A stretch of 64,000 nt of DNA from Bernardetia sp. ABR2-2B (GCF_037126435.1 NZ_CP147020.1:1971293-2035292), one strand, 5' to 3'; counted from the first letter of the stretch, positions 28,509-39,087 are shown. The notes: a model not told the origin generated them from the letters alone. Translations and numbers: made by a program.

Positions 28509-31259
28509 TTAAAACCCAAACCTCAAACGAAGACCAAAGTTTTTGCCTAATCCAGTCTTAATTTCATTTTGCAAACTAGGATTAACAGCCCAAACAGCAT
28601 CTACTCTCAAAACTTTGAAAATACGCTCAAAACCTACACTAACTTCTGTATAATTGGGCGTATTTGGTGTGTGAAGATAATGCGCTCCTGCTACAAGTTG
28701 CCATTTTAGTTTTTTCAAAAGTGGAATTCTATTCATTATATAGCCATTGAAATGATGTTCTGCATGAGCTTCTACAAAATTATCTGTTGTGCTATATTGG
28801 TAGTAAGGCAAAAGAAGAAACTGACGCAAACGAGATTGAGCTAAGAGCAAAGGCGAAGTTTGAAAATGGAAATTATCAGCAAACGAAGTATAATTCTTCC
28901 ATAAAAATGTTCCTGCTTGTGCTTCATAATTCAGCGAACCGACAACTCCCAAACTAACATCATCTTTTACATTAAAAATCAACTGACCAAAATCGGTCTT
29001 GCTATCAAACACAGTTGGAACGCCTTGTGAATATGTTAATGTAAGCGTTGGGTATCTACTACCTATTGTAATGCGTTGTTTTGGACGCAAAATATATTTT
29101 TCTCCAATTCTGTAACGAAGCTGTGCCTTCAAAATAAACGCATTGTGTTTTTCAAAAAAGACATTATTTCCATCAAAATCAACAGGCATATTTTGTGTAA
29201 ATTCTACTTCATCTCTATCAAAGTAAGGCTTTAGAGTTGGGTCTGCATTTTGAAGTGGAATACGCTGTTCGAAGTTTGCTTGTAGATTCAGAAATGCGCC
29301 ATCAAAAATACGTGTTCCTGTCGTGATTTTGGCAAAACGCTTTTCGAATAATTTTTGATAATTCTCTTCTCTAAAAAGTGTATAAATTCCGTTTACAAAA
29401 GGCGAAATTGCATCAGCATCAAATTGTTCTACAAAAACACCTCCTTCTGCACGAATATAAGAACTATTTATTTGATTAAAACGATGAAGAAAATTTCCTT
29501 TTGCATAAAACTGATTGCTACTAAAGCCATAACGTCCGTCTAACCCAACTAATGTAGTGCTATAATTTTTCTCTCTAAACTTCCTCAAATTAACCCCTGC
29601 ATTCAAGACATAACCTTCAACTGTATTGGCTTGAATATTTTGAGTAATGGGAACAAAGTTAAAAGTCAATTCTCTTTTTCGATTTCGATAAGTATAACCT
29701 GTAAGCAAATCAAGCACTTTGAATTTGTTTGCTTTTCTATCCATCGAGTCCAAATAAACAGGGTCATTTTGTGCTTTTTCTACGCTATCACTTTTTACAT
29801 AATGCCCACTTTCTTCTTCTGTAAGAGGAACTGGACGCATTTTTTCCCAATATTCTGCACTTTTCAAATTTGAGCTATCTGAAATAATTGAAATATTTTT
29901 ATTAAAGAATTTGCGTTCCAAAACCATTGCTTCCACATCATTTTTTAGATTAGAAAGAGAATCTTTTTCTGTATTTTGAGCTAAATTTTCTGTTGTTGTT
30001 TCAGTTTTATCCTCTACTTCTGTTTGATTTTTCTGTTCTGTTTGATTCTCTAACTTTTCTTTTTTAGATTCAATTATTCTCTTTTTATCTTTTTTTGATA
30101 ATGCAAGACTGGGTAATTTTTGCCCTTTTGTATCGGCTTCTAATTGCGCTTTTGTAAATTTAGGAGTTACATCATAATTCGAAAAGCTTCCTGTATAGTC
30201 TCCGTGTCCGACTACTTTTGCGCCCATCATGGCAATCGAATACTTAAAGGAAAAAGCCTGTGTACTACATAGCCAAATATCATCAGAGTTTTTGTTTGCA
30301 ACAGGAACAAATGTTTGTTTGATACTCAACTTATCAATAAACTCTAGTCCTACATCTTTTGAAACCTCCAAGTCCGTACTGTGAACTCGCCACGTACTAT
30401 CTTGAATATAAATCAGTCCACCAAACAAAGGCTGTCCTTTCGAACGAGGAAAAACACGTATTTTATGAACATTTACGCCCTTATCAATAAACTCTCCTTC
30501 GTGTTGGTACTCATAATAAAGCATTGCACCTGCTGCAATTGGCGAAACAAAAGGACGGTCTCCAATAGGTGCATCAATTGTATTTTCATAAATATCAAAG
30601 CTCAAATAAAGCGCACTATTCCATGAAAAACCACCTCTATCGCCACTTACTTTTGAAGAAATAACCACTTCTTTTCGTTTGTTTGGAGCAAGAAAATAAT
30701 ACTTTGAAACAGATTCGGAAAAATAAACAATTTTATTTTTTTCCCATTCTTTACGAAACTCTTCTACATCATCATTTTCTAAAAGTTTCGGTACTTTAAA
30801 CTCATCTAACTTCTGTACATTTTTGATATAGACATTGCAAGAAAAAGCCTTGTTTTGAGTGCGATAAAATTCTCTTTTTTTCTGCGCTGCACGAATAACA
30901 GCATAAGCAGGGTCTTCTCCATTTGGTGTAACTACGACTTCCTTCAAACCAATAGTAGAAGATTGCATAACCACATCTAGTTTGACATCTTTGCCATTTT
31001 TTATAATAACTGTATGTGTTTGGGATTGAAAACCAACATATCTGAAAACTATTTGATGTGTTCCTTCTTCTAGTTCCAAAAAATAACTACCCTCTTGGTT
31101 GGTAGTTGTTCCATAGGTTGTTCCCTCTTCATAAATCGTCAAAAAAGGCATTTTTTCGCCATCTGATGCTGTTACTTCTCCAAAAAGACGAGCAGCATTT
31201 GAATTAGATACAAGGAAAAAGCAAAGAAAAAATAATAGTAAAGTTGAAAAATAACGCAT
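28509..31259 (-). CDS. large outer-membrane protein with an N-terminal CarbopepD_reg-like domain (DUF5686-like)
   Basis: 916 aa. After a signal peptide, LFGEVTASDGEKMPFLTIYEEGTTYGTTTNQEGSYFL matches a carboxypeptidase-regulatory-like domain. The C-terminus ends …GLRLRFGF, a beta-barrel signature. No TonB plug detected. Confidence 0.55.
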   Translation of the reverse strand: MRYFSTLLLFFLCFFLVSNSNAARLFGEVTASDGEKMPFLTIYEEGTTYGTTTNQEGSYFLELEEGTHQIVFRYVGFQSQTHTVIIKNGKDVKLDVVMQSSTIGLKEVVVTPNGEDPAYAVIRAAQKKREFYRTQNKAFSCNVYIKNVQKLDEFKVPKLLENDDVEEFRKEWEKNKIVYFSESVSKYYFLAPNKRKEVVISSKVSGDRGGFSWNSALYLSFDIYENTIDAPIGDRPFVSPIAAGAMLYYEYQHEGEFIDKGVNVHKIRVFPRSKGQPLFGGLIYIQDSTWRVHSTDLEVSKDVGLEFIDKLSIKQTFVPVANKNSDDIWLCSTQAFSFKYSIAMMGAKVVGHGDYTGSFSNYDVTPKFTKAQLEADTKGQKLPSLALSKKDKKRIIESKKEKLENQTEQKNQTEVEDKTETTTENLAQNTEKDSLSNLKNDVEAMVLERKFFNKNISIISDSSNLKSAEYWEKMRPVPLTEEESGHYVKSDSVEKAQNDPVYLDSMDRKANKFKVLDLLTGYTYRNRKRELTFNFVPITQNIQANTVEGYVLNAGVNLRKFREKNYSTTLVGLDGRYGFSSNQFYAKGNFLHRFNQINSSYIRAEGGVFVEQFDADAISPFVNGIYTLFREENYQKLFEKRFAKITTGTRIFDGAFLNLQANFEQRIPLQNADPTLKPYFDRDEVEFTQNMPVDFDGNNVFFEKHNAFILKAQLRYRIGEKYILRPKQRITIGSRYPTLTLTYSQGVPTVFDSKTDFGQLIFNVKDDVSLGVVGSLNYEAQAGTFLWKNYTSFADNFHFQTSPLLLAQSRLRQFLLLPYYQYSTTDNFVEAHAEHHFNGYIMNRIPLLKKLKWQLVAGAHYLHTPNTPNYTEVSVGFERIFKVLRVDAVWAVNPSLQNEIKTGLGKNFGLRLRFGF

Positions 31260-31383
31260 TGAGTTAGTTTGTTAAAAAAGTAAGTAAGTCTTTTATTTTG
31301 GTTAATCTGTTCTTTAGACTACAAACAAATTACAAGTGTTGCTTTTACTATTATTTTTTTAAGGAAAATTAAGTAATAAAAAA

Positions 31384-32409
31384 TTATTCTTTCTTCTGAG
31401 GTCGATATTTAGACTGCTCAAAAATATCTTTATGATTTTTCATTTTCATAAGCTGTGGCAGTGTAACTTCTGGATTTTGTTTCATGTATGCTCTAACAAT
31501 TTGCCAACCGAGCCATTGAGCAATACGTCCGGGGCATTCTTGACCAATTTCGAAAGTATGAGGACGAGCTTCTAAATATTTTCGTTTTTCTACTTGTGAA
31601 GTGGCATAGAATAATTCATTCTTTACAAAATGCCCCCAAACATCGGTTTGATAGGTTTCGCAGTCTTGAATTTCTTGAGATGAATAACCAATAACTAAAG
31701 AATCAGCAGCTTTTGGAACTACTTTTTCGATAAAATAATATGTTTTTCCCCACCAAATCATTTCATTTATTAAGCTATTATCAGACGGGTTACTCAAATT
31801 ATACCTTCCTGAAAGTTCTCTAGCAATATGTGTTTGTATGGCTTCTGGATGATAACGCTCCCAAAGATAATTCGGAATGGCTTCAATAGGAGGACGATAA
31901 TACGATTGCTCTCCCAAGAAATAATCCAACCCTACCAAAAACATGCTATCACTCGGCACTACATCCATTTCGTAACCTGCTACAATTGTATATACTTTAG
32001 GAACATAAAAATTAGGATAATAGAATTTTGTATAACTAAAAACATCATTTAATTGCTGCCTCAACTCATCAAAATCATACAATTTATCTACTTGATTTTG
32101 GACAGTATCAATGTAAGGGTCGTTTGCTCGTTTTACAAGTTCTTCCAAAATTCGAATATCATTGACACGAAAACCTTTTAGTAATAAATCAGGGTTTTCT
32201 TTTAAATAAGTTAGAATCTCCTCTTTGCTTTGTCCATCAAATATTTTTCTATCTACTCTTTCTATTTCCACATTAACTTTCAAATCTGAAATATCAGGTA
32301 GTGTTTCTTTTTGTGTCAGACAAGATGAGAAAACAAAAGAACTGATTAGAGAAAGACAGAAAAAGATAAAAACAGGGGATTTTATTTTTTGCATAATTTG
32401 ATTTATCAC
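31384..32409 (-). CDS. lipoprotein, possibly gliding-motility lipoprotein GldB family
   Basis: Signal peptide plus lipobox (FVFSSC). The C-terminal …PGRIAQWLGWQIVRAYMKQNPEVTLPQL… resembles the conserved GldB C-terminal block. Recalled from memory, not verified. Confidence 0.45.
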   Translation of the reverse strand: MINQIMQKIKSPVFIFFCLSLISSFVFSSCLTQKETLPDISDLKVNVEIERVDRKIFDGQSKEEILTYLKENPDLLLKGFRVNDIRILEELVKRANDPYIDTVQNQVDKLYDFDELRQQLNDVFSYTKFYYPNFYVPKVYTIVAGYEMDVVPSDSMFLVGLDYFLGEQSYYRPPIEAIPNYLWERYHPEAIQTHIARELSGRYNLSNPSDNSLINEMIWWGKTYYFIEKVVPKAADSLVIGYSSQEIQDCETYQTDVWGHFVKNELFYATSQVEKRKYLEARPHTFEIGQECPGRIAQWLGWQIVRAYMKQNPEVTLPQLMKMKNHKDIFEQSKYRPQKKE

Positions 32410-32639
32410 TTATAATTGATTTTATTTTTTTAGTTTTGAAAACAAGATGATTATTCTATATCTTTTATGTTTTTATTAACGAGAGTTTGGGTAAAGAAGT
32501 ATTCTATATCTAAAAAAGCAAATCAAAATTAATGATTTTTGTGGAAATAAAACTTCTTTAAACACTAAGCCACAGAGAGAAATTAAGCTGCACAAGAAAT
32601 ACAACTACATTTTGAACTACAGAACTTAAAGAGAATAAG

Positions 32640-33820
32640 CTTACTCCATTGACAAAACTTTAATTTTTTGATCAAATTTAGTTTCACTAGTCATTGGATT
32701 ATTGAGTATTTTTTTAATTTCTATTAATCCATATCTGAAAAAAGAGTATTCATTATATCCATTTGAACAGACTCTTATTTTTGTTTTTTTATGTTTCCAT
32801 TCTCCTACTTTGTAACACCAAACAAAGGCAATGGAACACAAAGCAATTAATTTAGCTATTTTATTTGGTTCTGTTAATTTTGTATTTTCTAAGTTAAAAC
32901 CTTGTGATTTTAGTGCTTTAAACAACGTTTCGATTTCCCAACGTTGTTTATAAATTTCAAAAATATTATCCAATAAAACAGGTGATGCTAAATAAATATA
33001 TCCTTTTTGTGTTCGACTTACAGATAAATATACCTCTGCTTCATTGACTACAAATGTTCCATCTAGTTGATAGGTTTCTGAAATCGAAAGCCCTCTACAC
33101 CATGCTACAATAGACTTTGTTTTCCCTTTTCTAGTAGCTTTAAAGTTAGATTTTATACGCATTACAAAATCAAATTTTTTTGTAGCTAAATAGAAAAACC
33201 ATTTTTTACCTATAAACTCTCTATCTGCTACAAGAGCAGTAATAGATAAATTAGGAAATTGATTTAAGAAATCTTCTATCAAATCAATTCGTTGTTGAGT
33301 AGCTGAATTTCCTGTCCTCGAAAGTACAGACCAACAAAGAGGAATAGATACCCCTTTATGAGCTGCTGAGAGAAGCAAAATATTAATATGCTCTTTTCCA
33401 ACTTTCCAATTCGTTCTATCCAAACACAGTACGATATTTTCCCATTGTTCAATGCCTTCTAAGGAAATAATCAAATTAGTAATTGCTTGAAAATCAAGCT
33501 CATAATAATTTAAAAAGCGTTCTATACGACGTAAAGAAGAACTGTATTCTACATTCCTTTCAAACGCAGTTGCAATTTGAATTAAACCTCCTAGACCTAC
33601 CTTTATAACAGCTATTACAAAAAGACCTATAAATTGAACTCGGGCTAAATGAAACCCTTTTAAATGAGAAGATAAAACACTAACTAATTTTGTAACTTTA
33701 CCACTAGAAGCATACTTTGCTTTCGCCATAATTGAGAAAATTTTGTGAGAAAAATTTTGTGAGAAACTCAATTATGGCTTTTTTTTATCTAAATTTAAAA
33801 TCTTTTGTCAGAGGACTGAG
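32640..33820. mobile_element. IS4-family insertion sequence (~1.18 kb) flanked by a 9-bp direct repeat GAGAATAAG (target-site duplication)
   Basis: Direct repeat copies at 32631-32639 and 33821-33829. Imperfect terminal inverted repeats CTTACTCCATTGACAAAAC (32640-32658) and CTCAGTCCTCTGACAAAAG (reverse complement of 33802-33820): 14 of 19 match, with the terminal TGACAAAA block identical. A single DDE transposase ORF lies inside. Confidence 0.6.
32641..33729 (-). CDS. IS4-family DDE transposase
   Basis: C-terminal YKQRWEIETLFKALKSQGF is the classic IS4 Y-(2)-R-(3)-E-(6)-K signature. LVADREFIG marks the second D. The ORF track's 14-aa N-terminal extension (to 33771) falls in the repeat-rich IS end, so I start at MAKAKY. 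Confidence 0.85.
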   Translation of the reverse strand: MAKAKYASSGKVTKLVSVLSSHLKGFHLARVQFIGLFVIAVIKVGLGGLIQIATAFERNVEYSSSLRRIERFLNYYELDFQAITNLIISLEGIEQWENIVLCLDRTNWKVGKEHINILLLSAAHKGVSIPLCWSVLSRTGNSATQQRIDLIEDFLNQFPNLSITALVADREFIGKKWFFYLATKKFDFVMRIKSNFKATRKGKTKSIVAWCRGLSISETYQLDGTFVVNEAEVYLSVSRTQKGYIYLASPVLLDNIFEIYKQRWEIETLFKALKSQGFNLENTKLTEPNKIAKLIALCSIAFVWCYKVGEWKHKKTKIRVCSNGYNEYSFFRYGLIEIKKILNNPMTSETKFDQKIKVLSME

Positions 33821-33892
33821 GAGAATAAGAGAGAATTTTAATTTTATCTTTTGTTTTTGTATTTATTTCTAACTTCTAAATTTATTCTAATT

Positions 33893-34309
33893 ATGTCTAA
33901 TCAAAAATTTGAAACCAATAACGCACCCAAACCAGTAGGTTTGTACCCTCACGCAAGAAAAGTAGGCGATTTATTATTTCTTTCTGGCGTAGGAGCAAGA
34001 GATGCCAAAACAAACGAAATACATGGAAATGTTTATAATGAAGATGGAAAATTAGTTTCTTATGATATAGAAGCGCAATGTCATACTGTTTTTCAGAATG
34101 TAAAAGCAATTTTGGAAGCAAGTGGAAGCAGTTGGGATAAGCTAGTTGATGTTACAGTTTTCTTGACAAATATGGAAGATGATTTTAAGAAGTATAATAA
34201 AGTATATGCAGAATATTTTAAAGATAATCAGCCTTGCCGTACGACTTTAGGAATTAGTTCTCTTCCGACTCCAATTGCTATTGAATTAAAATGTGTAGCT
34301 ACAATTTAA
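33893..34309 (+). CDS. RidA/YjgF/L-PSP family reactive-intermediate deaminase
   Basis: 138 aa starting MSNQKFETNNAPKPVGLYPHARKVGDLLFLSG… with C-terminal …RTTLGISSLPTPIAIELKCVA, typical of RidA. The ORF track start at 33851 adds 14 hydrophobic residues. Confidence 0.8.
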   Translation: MSNQKFETNNAPKPVGLYPHARKVGDLLFLSGVGARDAKTNEIHGNVYNEDGKLVSYDIEAQCHTVFQNVKAILEASGSSWDKLVDVTVFLTNMEDDFKKYNKVYAEYFKDNQPCRTTLGISSLPTPIAIELKCVATI

Positions 34310-34393
34310 TAAAATTGTGTAATTTTGCATCTTGTTTTACAAAACAGAAATTACAAACTAGAAATTTAATAGAACAAAACATATAGATTACCA

Positions 34394-34810
34394 ATGACTG
34401 AATTTCAAATTTTAGCCGAAACACCACAATATTTAATAAAACTAAATCCAGAAGTGCCTTGCTTGATGATAAAATGGCGTGGCGATATGCACAGCGAAGG
34501 TTATCGCAAAGCATTAAATGATGTAATTGGTTGGATGGAAGAACATCAGATTTCTAAAATTATAAATGATGACCGTAAGATAGCAAAAGGAATTTCTAAG
34601 CAAGACCTAACGTGGGCTATGGAAGATTGGCTAAAACGTGCATTAGAAGCTGGTTATCAATCTATGGCAATCATACAAGAGCGTGATTTCTTCAAACGTT
34701 ATCCTGCTGCTCAAATTTCAGCTATGGCTCGTATGCACTATCAAGACCTTATTAAAGTTGAGTATTTTAGTACAGTAAAATCTGCTGAAGATTGGATAAA
34801 AGTAGCTTAA
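34394..34810 (+). CDS. hypothetical protein, possibly SpoIIAA/STAS-like fold (DUF)
   Basis: 138 aa with an alternating beta/alpha pattern and a C-terminal …SAEDWIKVA like STAS-like DUFs. This is weak pattern similarity only. Confidence 0.3.
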   Translation: MTEFQILAETPQYLIKLNPEVPCLMIKWRGDMHSEGYRKALNDVIGWMEEHQISKIINDDRKIAKGISKQDLTWAMEDWLKRALEAGYQSMAIIQERDFFKRYPAAQISAMARMHYQDLIKVEYFSTVKSAEDWIKVA

Positions 34811-34941
34811 TTCAATTACAGATTACGGAATTTCAACAATTACATTGATAAAGCAAGACATTCCTTAAAGATTAATTAATGCTATAGTTTTAATGTATCT
34901 GATTTTCAATTCGTAATTTGTAATTGACCATTATTAATTGA

Positions 34942-36729
34942 TTAAGAAACCTCTTCCTGCAACTGCTTTTCATAGAGTTCTGTATAAAGCCCATTACTTT
35001 CTAAAAGCTCATCGTGTGTTCCTTGTTCTACTATTTTCCCTTCATCTAAGAAGATAATATAGTCAGCAAGTTTGGCAGAAGAAACACGGTGTGAAATAAT
35101 AATAGAGGTGCGATTTTTCATTATACGTTTCATATTTTGAAGAATCGCATTTTCTGTTTTTGTATCTACTGCTGAAAGACTATCATCCAAAATCATTATT
35201 TTTGGATTACGAATAATTGCTCTAGCAATACTGACACGCTGCTTTTGTCCTCCAGAAAGTGTAATTCCTCGTTCGCCAAGCATTGTTTCGAATCCTTTTG
35301 GAAAGCGTTCGATGTTTTCTAACAAATCAGCATCTCTTGCAGCTTCTTTGATTTGATTTTCTTCAAAATCATTTTCATTGAATCCAAAAGCAATATTATT
35401 TCGAATAGAATCAGAAAACAAAAATACTTCTTGTGGAACATAACCGACATTCGAACGCAAATACTGTACTTCGTACTCTTGAAGTGCTGTTTTGTCTATC
35501 ATAATTTGTCCTTCATTTACGTCATACATTCTACAAATAAGGTTTGCAATCGTACTTTTTCCTGAGCCTGTCGTACCCAAAATTGCAAGTGTTTGTCCTT
35601 CACGAATCTCAAAACTGACATTTTCTAAGGCTTTAATTCCCGAATCTGGATAAATGAAAGTTACATCATCAAATTTTACCTTTCCTTTTATTTCCGTCTT
35701 TTTATTTTCTGTCGATACAATTTCACTTTTTGTATTCAAAAATTCATTGATACGTTCTTGTGAAGCTGCTGCACGTTGTGTAAGGCTCGTAACCCAACCC
35801 AAAGAAGCAACAGGCCAAGTCAAGAGGTTTACATAAATCACAAATTCAGCAATATTTCCTGTCGTAATTGTTCCTCTCATTACCTCAATTCCCCCAACAT
35901 AAACCGTCAGAATTGTACTAAGCCCAATAAGTCCGATAATTAAAGGCAAAAAAAGCGAATTGACACGCACCAAATCCAATGATTTATTAAAATAATCTTT
36001 TGTTTCGCCTTCAAATTCTCTTGAAAAATCATCTTCTCTAATATAGGCTTTCATCACACGAATACCAGAAAAAGCTTCTTGTACGAAAGTGGTCATTTTA
36101 GAGAGGCTTTGCTGAATCAGAATAGAGCGTTTATTGATTAAATTATTGACATAATAAATACTAATCGAAAGAATAGGCAACGGCAAAAGCGAGAAAAGCG
36201 TAAGGCGTACATTAATTGTAAGCATATAAGAAATTACCAAAACAGCCGTTCCGACCATATTAATAGTGTACATAATAGCAGGACCAAGATACATTCTAAC
36301 TTGTGAAACATCTTCTGATATTCGGTTCATTAGGTCACCAGTATTGTTTTTTCTATAAAAAGCTAACGGCAATTTTTGATAGTGAACATAAATATCGTTC
36401 TTCAAATCATACTCAATCAGCCTAGACATAACAATAATCGTCTGGCGTTGGAAGAACAAAAATAGTCCACGAATAAGAGCCATCAATAAAATAAGTCCTC
36501 CGTAAAGCAAAACTACATTTCGAAAGGTAATCATCACTTGCTCTTGCCCTACTGTGCCTTCAAAAAGGTCATTCATTCTGATTGTATTGGTTATCAAATC
36601 AAAAGCATGACGCACAATTTGGGCAGGAATAATAGCAAAAACACAGGACATCAATACGAAAAAAATACCACCCAAAAGATGCCATTTGTATCGATAAAAA
36701 TATTTATTTAAGGCAAAAAGTTCTTTCAT
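34942..36729 (-). CDS. ABC transporter, fused permease/ATP-binding protein (MsbA-like exporter)
   Basis: Six-TM N-terminal domain, then Walker A GTTGSGKST, ABC signature LSGGQKQRVSIARA, and Walker B ILILDDSLSAVD. Confidence 0.88.
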   Translation of the reverse strand: MKELFALNKYFYRYKWHLLGGIFFVLMSCVFAIIPAQIVRHAFDLITNTIRMNDLFEGTVGQEQVMITFRNVVLLYGGLILLMALIRGLFLFFQRQTIIVMSRLIEYDLKNDIYVHYQKLPLAFYRKNNTGDLMNRISEDVSQVRMYLGPAIMYTINMVGTAVLVISYMLTINVRLTLFSLLPLPILSISIYYVNNLINKRSILIQQSLSKMTTFVQEAFSGIRVMKAYIREDDFSREFEGETKDYFNKSLDLVRVNSLFLPLIIGLIGLSTILTVYVGGIEVMRGTITTGNIAEFVIYVNLLTWPVASLGWVTSLTQRAAASQERINEFLNTKSEIVSTENKKTEIKGKVKFDDVTFIYPDSGIKALENVSFEIREGQTLAILGTTGSGKSTIANLICRMYDVNEGQIMIDKTALQEYEVQYLRSNVGYVPQEVFLFSDSIRNNIAFGFNENDFEENQIKEAARDADLLENIERFPKGFETMLGERGITLSGGQKQRVSIARAIIRNPKIMILDDSLSAVDTKTENAILQNMKRIMKNRTSIIISHRVSSAKLADYIIFLDEGKIVEQGTHDELLESNGLYTELYEKQLQEEVS

Positions 36730-36747
36730 TTTATTAATTTATATTCT

Positions 36748-36775
36748 GTATAACAGACTGTGAAGTCTGTTATAC
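36748..36775 (-). promoter_or_regulatory. perfect 12-bp stem / GTGA tetraloop hairpin in the 5' leader of the ABC exporter gene
   Basis: GTATAACAGACT-GTGA-AGTCTGTTATAC. It sits ~19 nt upstream of the ATG at 36729 and is not followed by a U-run on either strand. Confidence 0.35.
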
Positions 36776-36976
36776 GTAACTTCAAAAACGATTGTAGCTA
36801 CAAGTATTTGGTCTTAACGATAAAGATACATCAAAAGTTAGAGAGAATTTTATTTTTATAGGTTAGGAAAAGACTTGTTTTGATTTTTTAAGAACCAAAG
36901 ATAGTCTGAGGAGTTTATCAAACATCAAATAATATTTAACGAGATATATTCTTAGCTATTTTAATTCTATAAAAAT

Positions 36977-37711
36977 ATGAGTTTCCTAAAAGCTGAATGG
37001 CGAAAATTAGCGATTGCAAATTATGAAATTGACCCTAATATACTGTATCCTTACCTTCCTAACGGAACAGAATTAGATTTTTGGGAAGGAAAGTGTTATG
37101 TCAGTCTGATTGGTTTTATGTTTAAAAATGTGAGATTATTAGGAGTACCTATTCCTTTTCATATCAATTTTGAAGAGGTCAATTTGCGTTTCTATGTCAA
37201 GAGATACGATACAGACGAGGATAAAATGAATAATGATTATAAAAGAGGTGTAGTTTTTATAAAAGAGATTGTTCCTAAACCAGCCATTACTTTTGTCGCC
37301 AATACAGTGTATGGAGAAAATTATCAGACAATGAAAATGAGCCATCAATGGATTGAAAATCAAAATGACAGAGAGATAGAATATACGTGGCAAAAGAACT
37401 CAAAAGAAAAACTCAATTCTATTTATCTCAAAACTGAAAAAAATCTGAGTGAGATAGAAAAAGAAAGTAAAGCAGAATTTATCACAGAACACTATTGGGG
37501 ATATGCAAAGAAAAATAAAAGAGAAACTAATGAGTATGAAGTTACACACCCAAGATGGCAACAGTATAAAGTTTTGGATTATAAAATAGAGACTGACTTT
37601 GAGAAAATGTACGGAAAAGAGTTTGCCTTCTTGAATCATCAAGAACCAGCTTCTGTACTACTTGCTGAGGGTTCGGAAATTACCGTAGAGCCAAAAAGTA
37701 AGATTAGATAA
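36977..37711 (+). CDS. DUF2071 (YqjF-like) family protein
   Basis: N-terminal MSFLKAEWRKLAIANYEIDPNILYPYLPNGTELDFWEGKCYVSLIGFMF matches the conserved start of DUF2071/YqjF proteins. Confidence 0.55.
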   Translation: MSFLKAEWRKLAIANYEIDPNILYPYLPNGTELDFWEGKCYVSLIGFMFKNVRLLGVPIPFHINFEEVNLRFYVKRYDTDEDKMNNDYKRGVVFIKEIVPKPAITFVANTVYGENYQTMKMSHQWIENQNDREIEYTWQKNSKEKLNSIYLKTEKNLSEIEKESKAEFITEHYWGYAKKNKRETNEYEVTHPRWQQYKVLDYKIETDFEKMYGKEFAFLNHQEPASVLLAEGSEITVEPKSKIR

Positions 37712-37887
37712 GTAAAAAAGATGCTTTTAGATAAATTCTGATGACTTTTTGAGGTTTGTCTATACTTTGTCTATATGCTCTTTTAGGAATTGAGTAACAA
37801 AATAGACTTAATTGCAGTATGTTTTAAAAACGAAAAATAATATTTTATTCAAACGCTCACTTTATTTTAAACCCAAACTCATTTATT

Positions 37888-39087
37888 ATGAATATTCTTA
37901 AATTTCCTGTGCTGTTAGTAGTAGTTTTATTATTTACTTTTTCACTCTCAAGTTGTGGTGGTGGAGATAGCGACCCAGAACCTGATGTAGATGTTGTTGA
38001 TCCTCCTGCAGATGGAGACGATGATGGTAACGCCAGTACAGACGAACAAATATTTGATGACTTCGTGGCTTCTCAAATGTCATCTCAACGCCTTCCTGCT
38101 GTGGGCGCAATTATCTTCAAAGATGACCAGATTTTACATGAAGGGTATTATGGAAAATCAAATGTAGAGCAGAACTTACCTTTAGAAGAAAGTCATTTAT
38201 TTTTGATTGCTTCTATCTCAAAAACAGTTACAGGAGTTGCCTTGCTTCGTTTGTATGATGAAGGCAAGTTTGACTTAGATGACCCAATCAATGATTATCT
38301 TTCTTTTCCTGTCAATAACCCTAACTCTGACACACCCATTACTTTTCGAATGCTTCTTACTCACACTTCTTCTATTATAGATGGAGATTTATTATATGAT
38401 AATTATACATTTGGTGGAGACACGCCTATTGCATTGAAATCGTTTATGGAAAGTTACCTCAAAGAAGGTGGTTCTCGTTATGATGCAAATGATAATTTTT
38501 CAGATGCAGAAGCAGGAACAGAATTTAATTATAGTAATGCAGCTTCTGCGCTTATTGGTCTTTTGGTAGAAGAAATTTCGGGAAAGAGTTTCGTAGAATA
38601 TACAAGAGATGATATTTTCACTCCTCTAGGAATGCTTTCGACAAGCTGGAGATTAGATGAGATTACAGAAACAATTGTTCAGCCGTATGAAGTGGAAGAT
38701 GATGATTTCGTAAAAATTGATCATTATACTTTTCCAGATTATCCAAATGGTGGATTGCGTACGACACCAAGAGAAATGGCTAACTTTACGGCTGCCATCG
38801 CTAATGGAGGTAGTTTTGATGGTTATGAGCTGCTCAAATCTTCAACAGTAGAAGAAATGCTTACAAAACAAATTCCAAATCTTGATGAGACAATGGGTTT
38901 ACATATGTTTCTTCAAAACGAATCTTTAGGTCTTTGGGGACACAATGGAGGCGAACAAGGCACAAGTACAGAGATGGCTTTTGACCCTGTTACCAAAATT
39001 GGTGTTCTTGTATTTACGAATATGAGTGATGCAGACTTGACAGAAATATATGAAGAAGCATTTGAATTAGGTAAAAAATTACAATAA
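37888..39087 (+). CDS. beta-lactamase-family serine hydrolase lipoprotein
   Basis: Signal peptide plus lipobox (SLSSCGG), a Asp/Pro-rich linker, and the SxxK motif (ASISKTVTGVA) in a class C-like fold. Confidence 0.75.
   Translation: MNILKFPVLLVVVLLFTFSLSSCGGGDSDPEPDVDVVDPPADGDDDGNASTDEQIFDDFVASQMSSQRLPAVGAIIFKDDQILHEGYYGKSNVEQNLPLEESHLFLIASISKTVTGVALLRLYDEGKFDLDDPINDYLSFPVNNPNSDTPITFRMLLTHTSSIIDGDLLYDNYTFGGDTPIALKSFMESYLKEGGSRYDANDNFSDAEAGTEFNYSNAASALIGLLVEEISGKSFVEYTRDDIFTPLGMLSTSWRLDEITETIVQPYEVEDDDFVKIDHYTFPDYPNGGLRTTPREMANFTAAIANGGSFDGYELLKSSTVEEMLTKQIPNLDETMGLHMFLQNESLGLWGHNGGEQGTSTEMAFDPVTKIGVLVFTNMSDADLTEIYEEAFELGKKLQ

Noticed and set aside
33730-33771. 14-codon N-terminal extension of the transposase ORF in the track
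   Set aside because: It lies in the IS terminal region made of TCTCACAAAATTTT direct repeats. The conserved IS4 transposase N-terminus begins at MAKAKY (33729).
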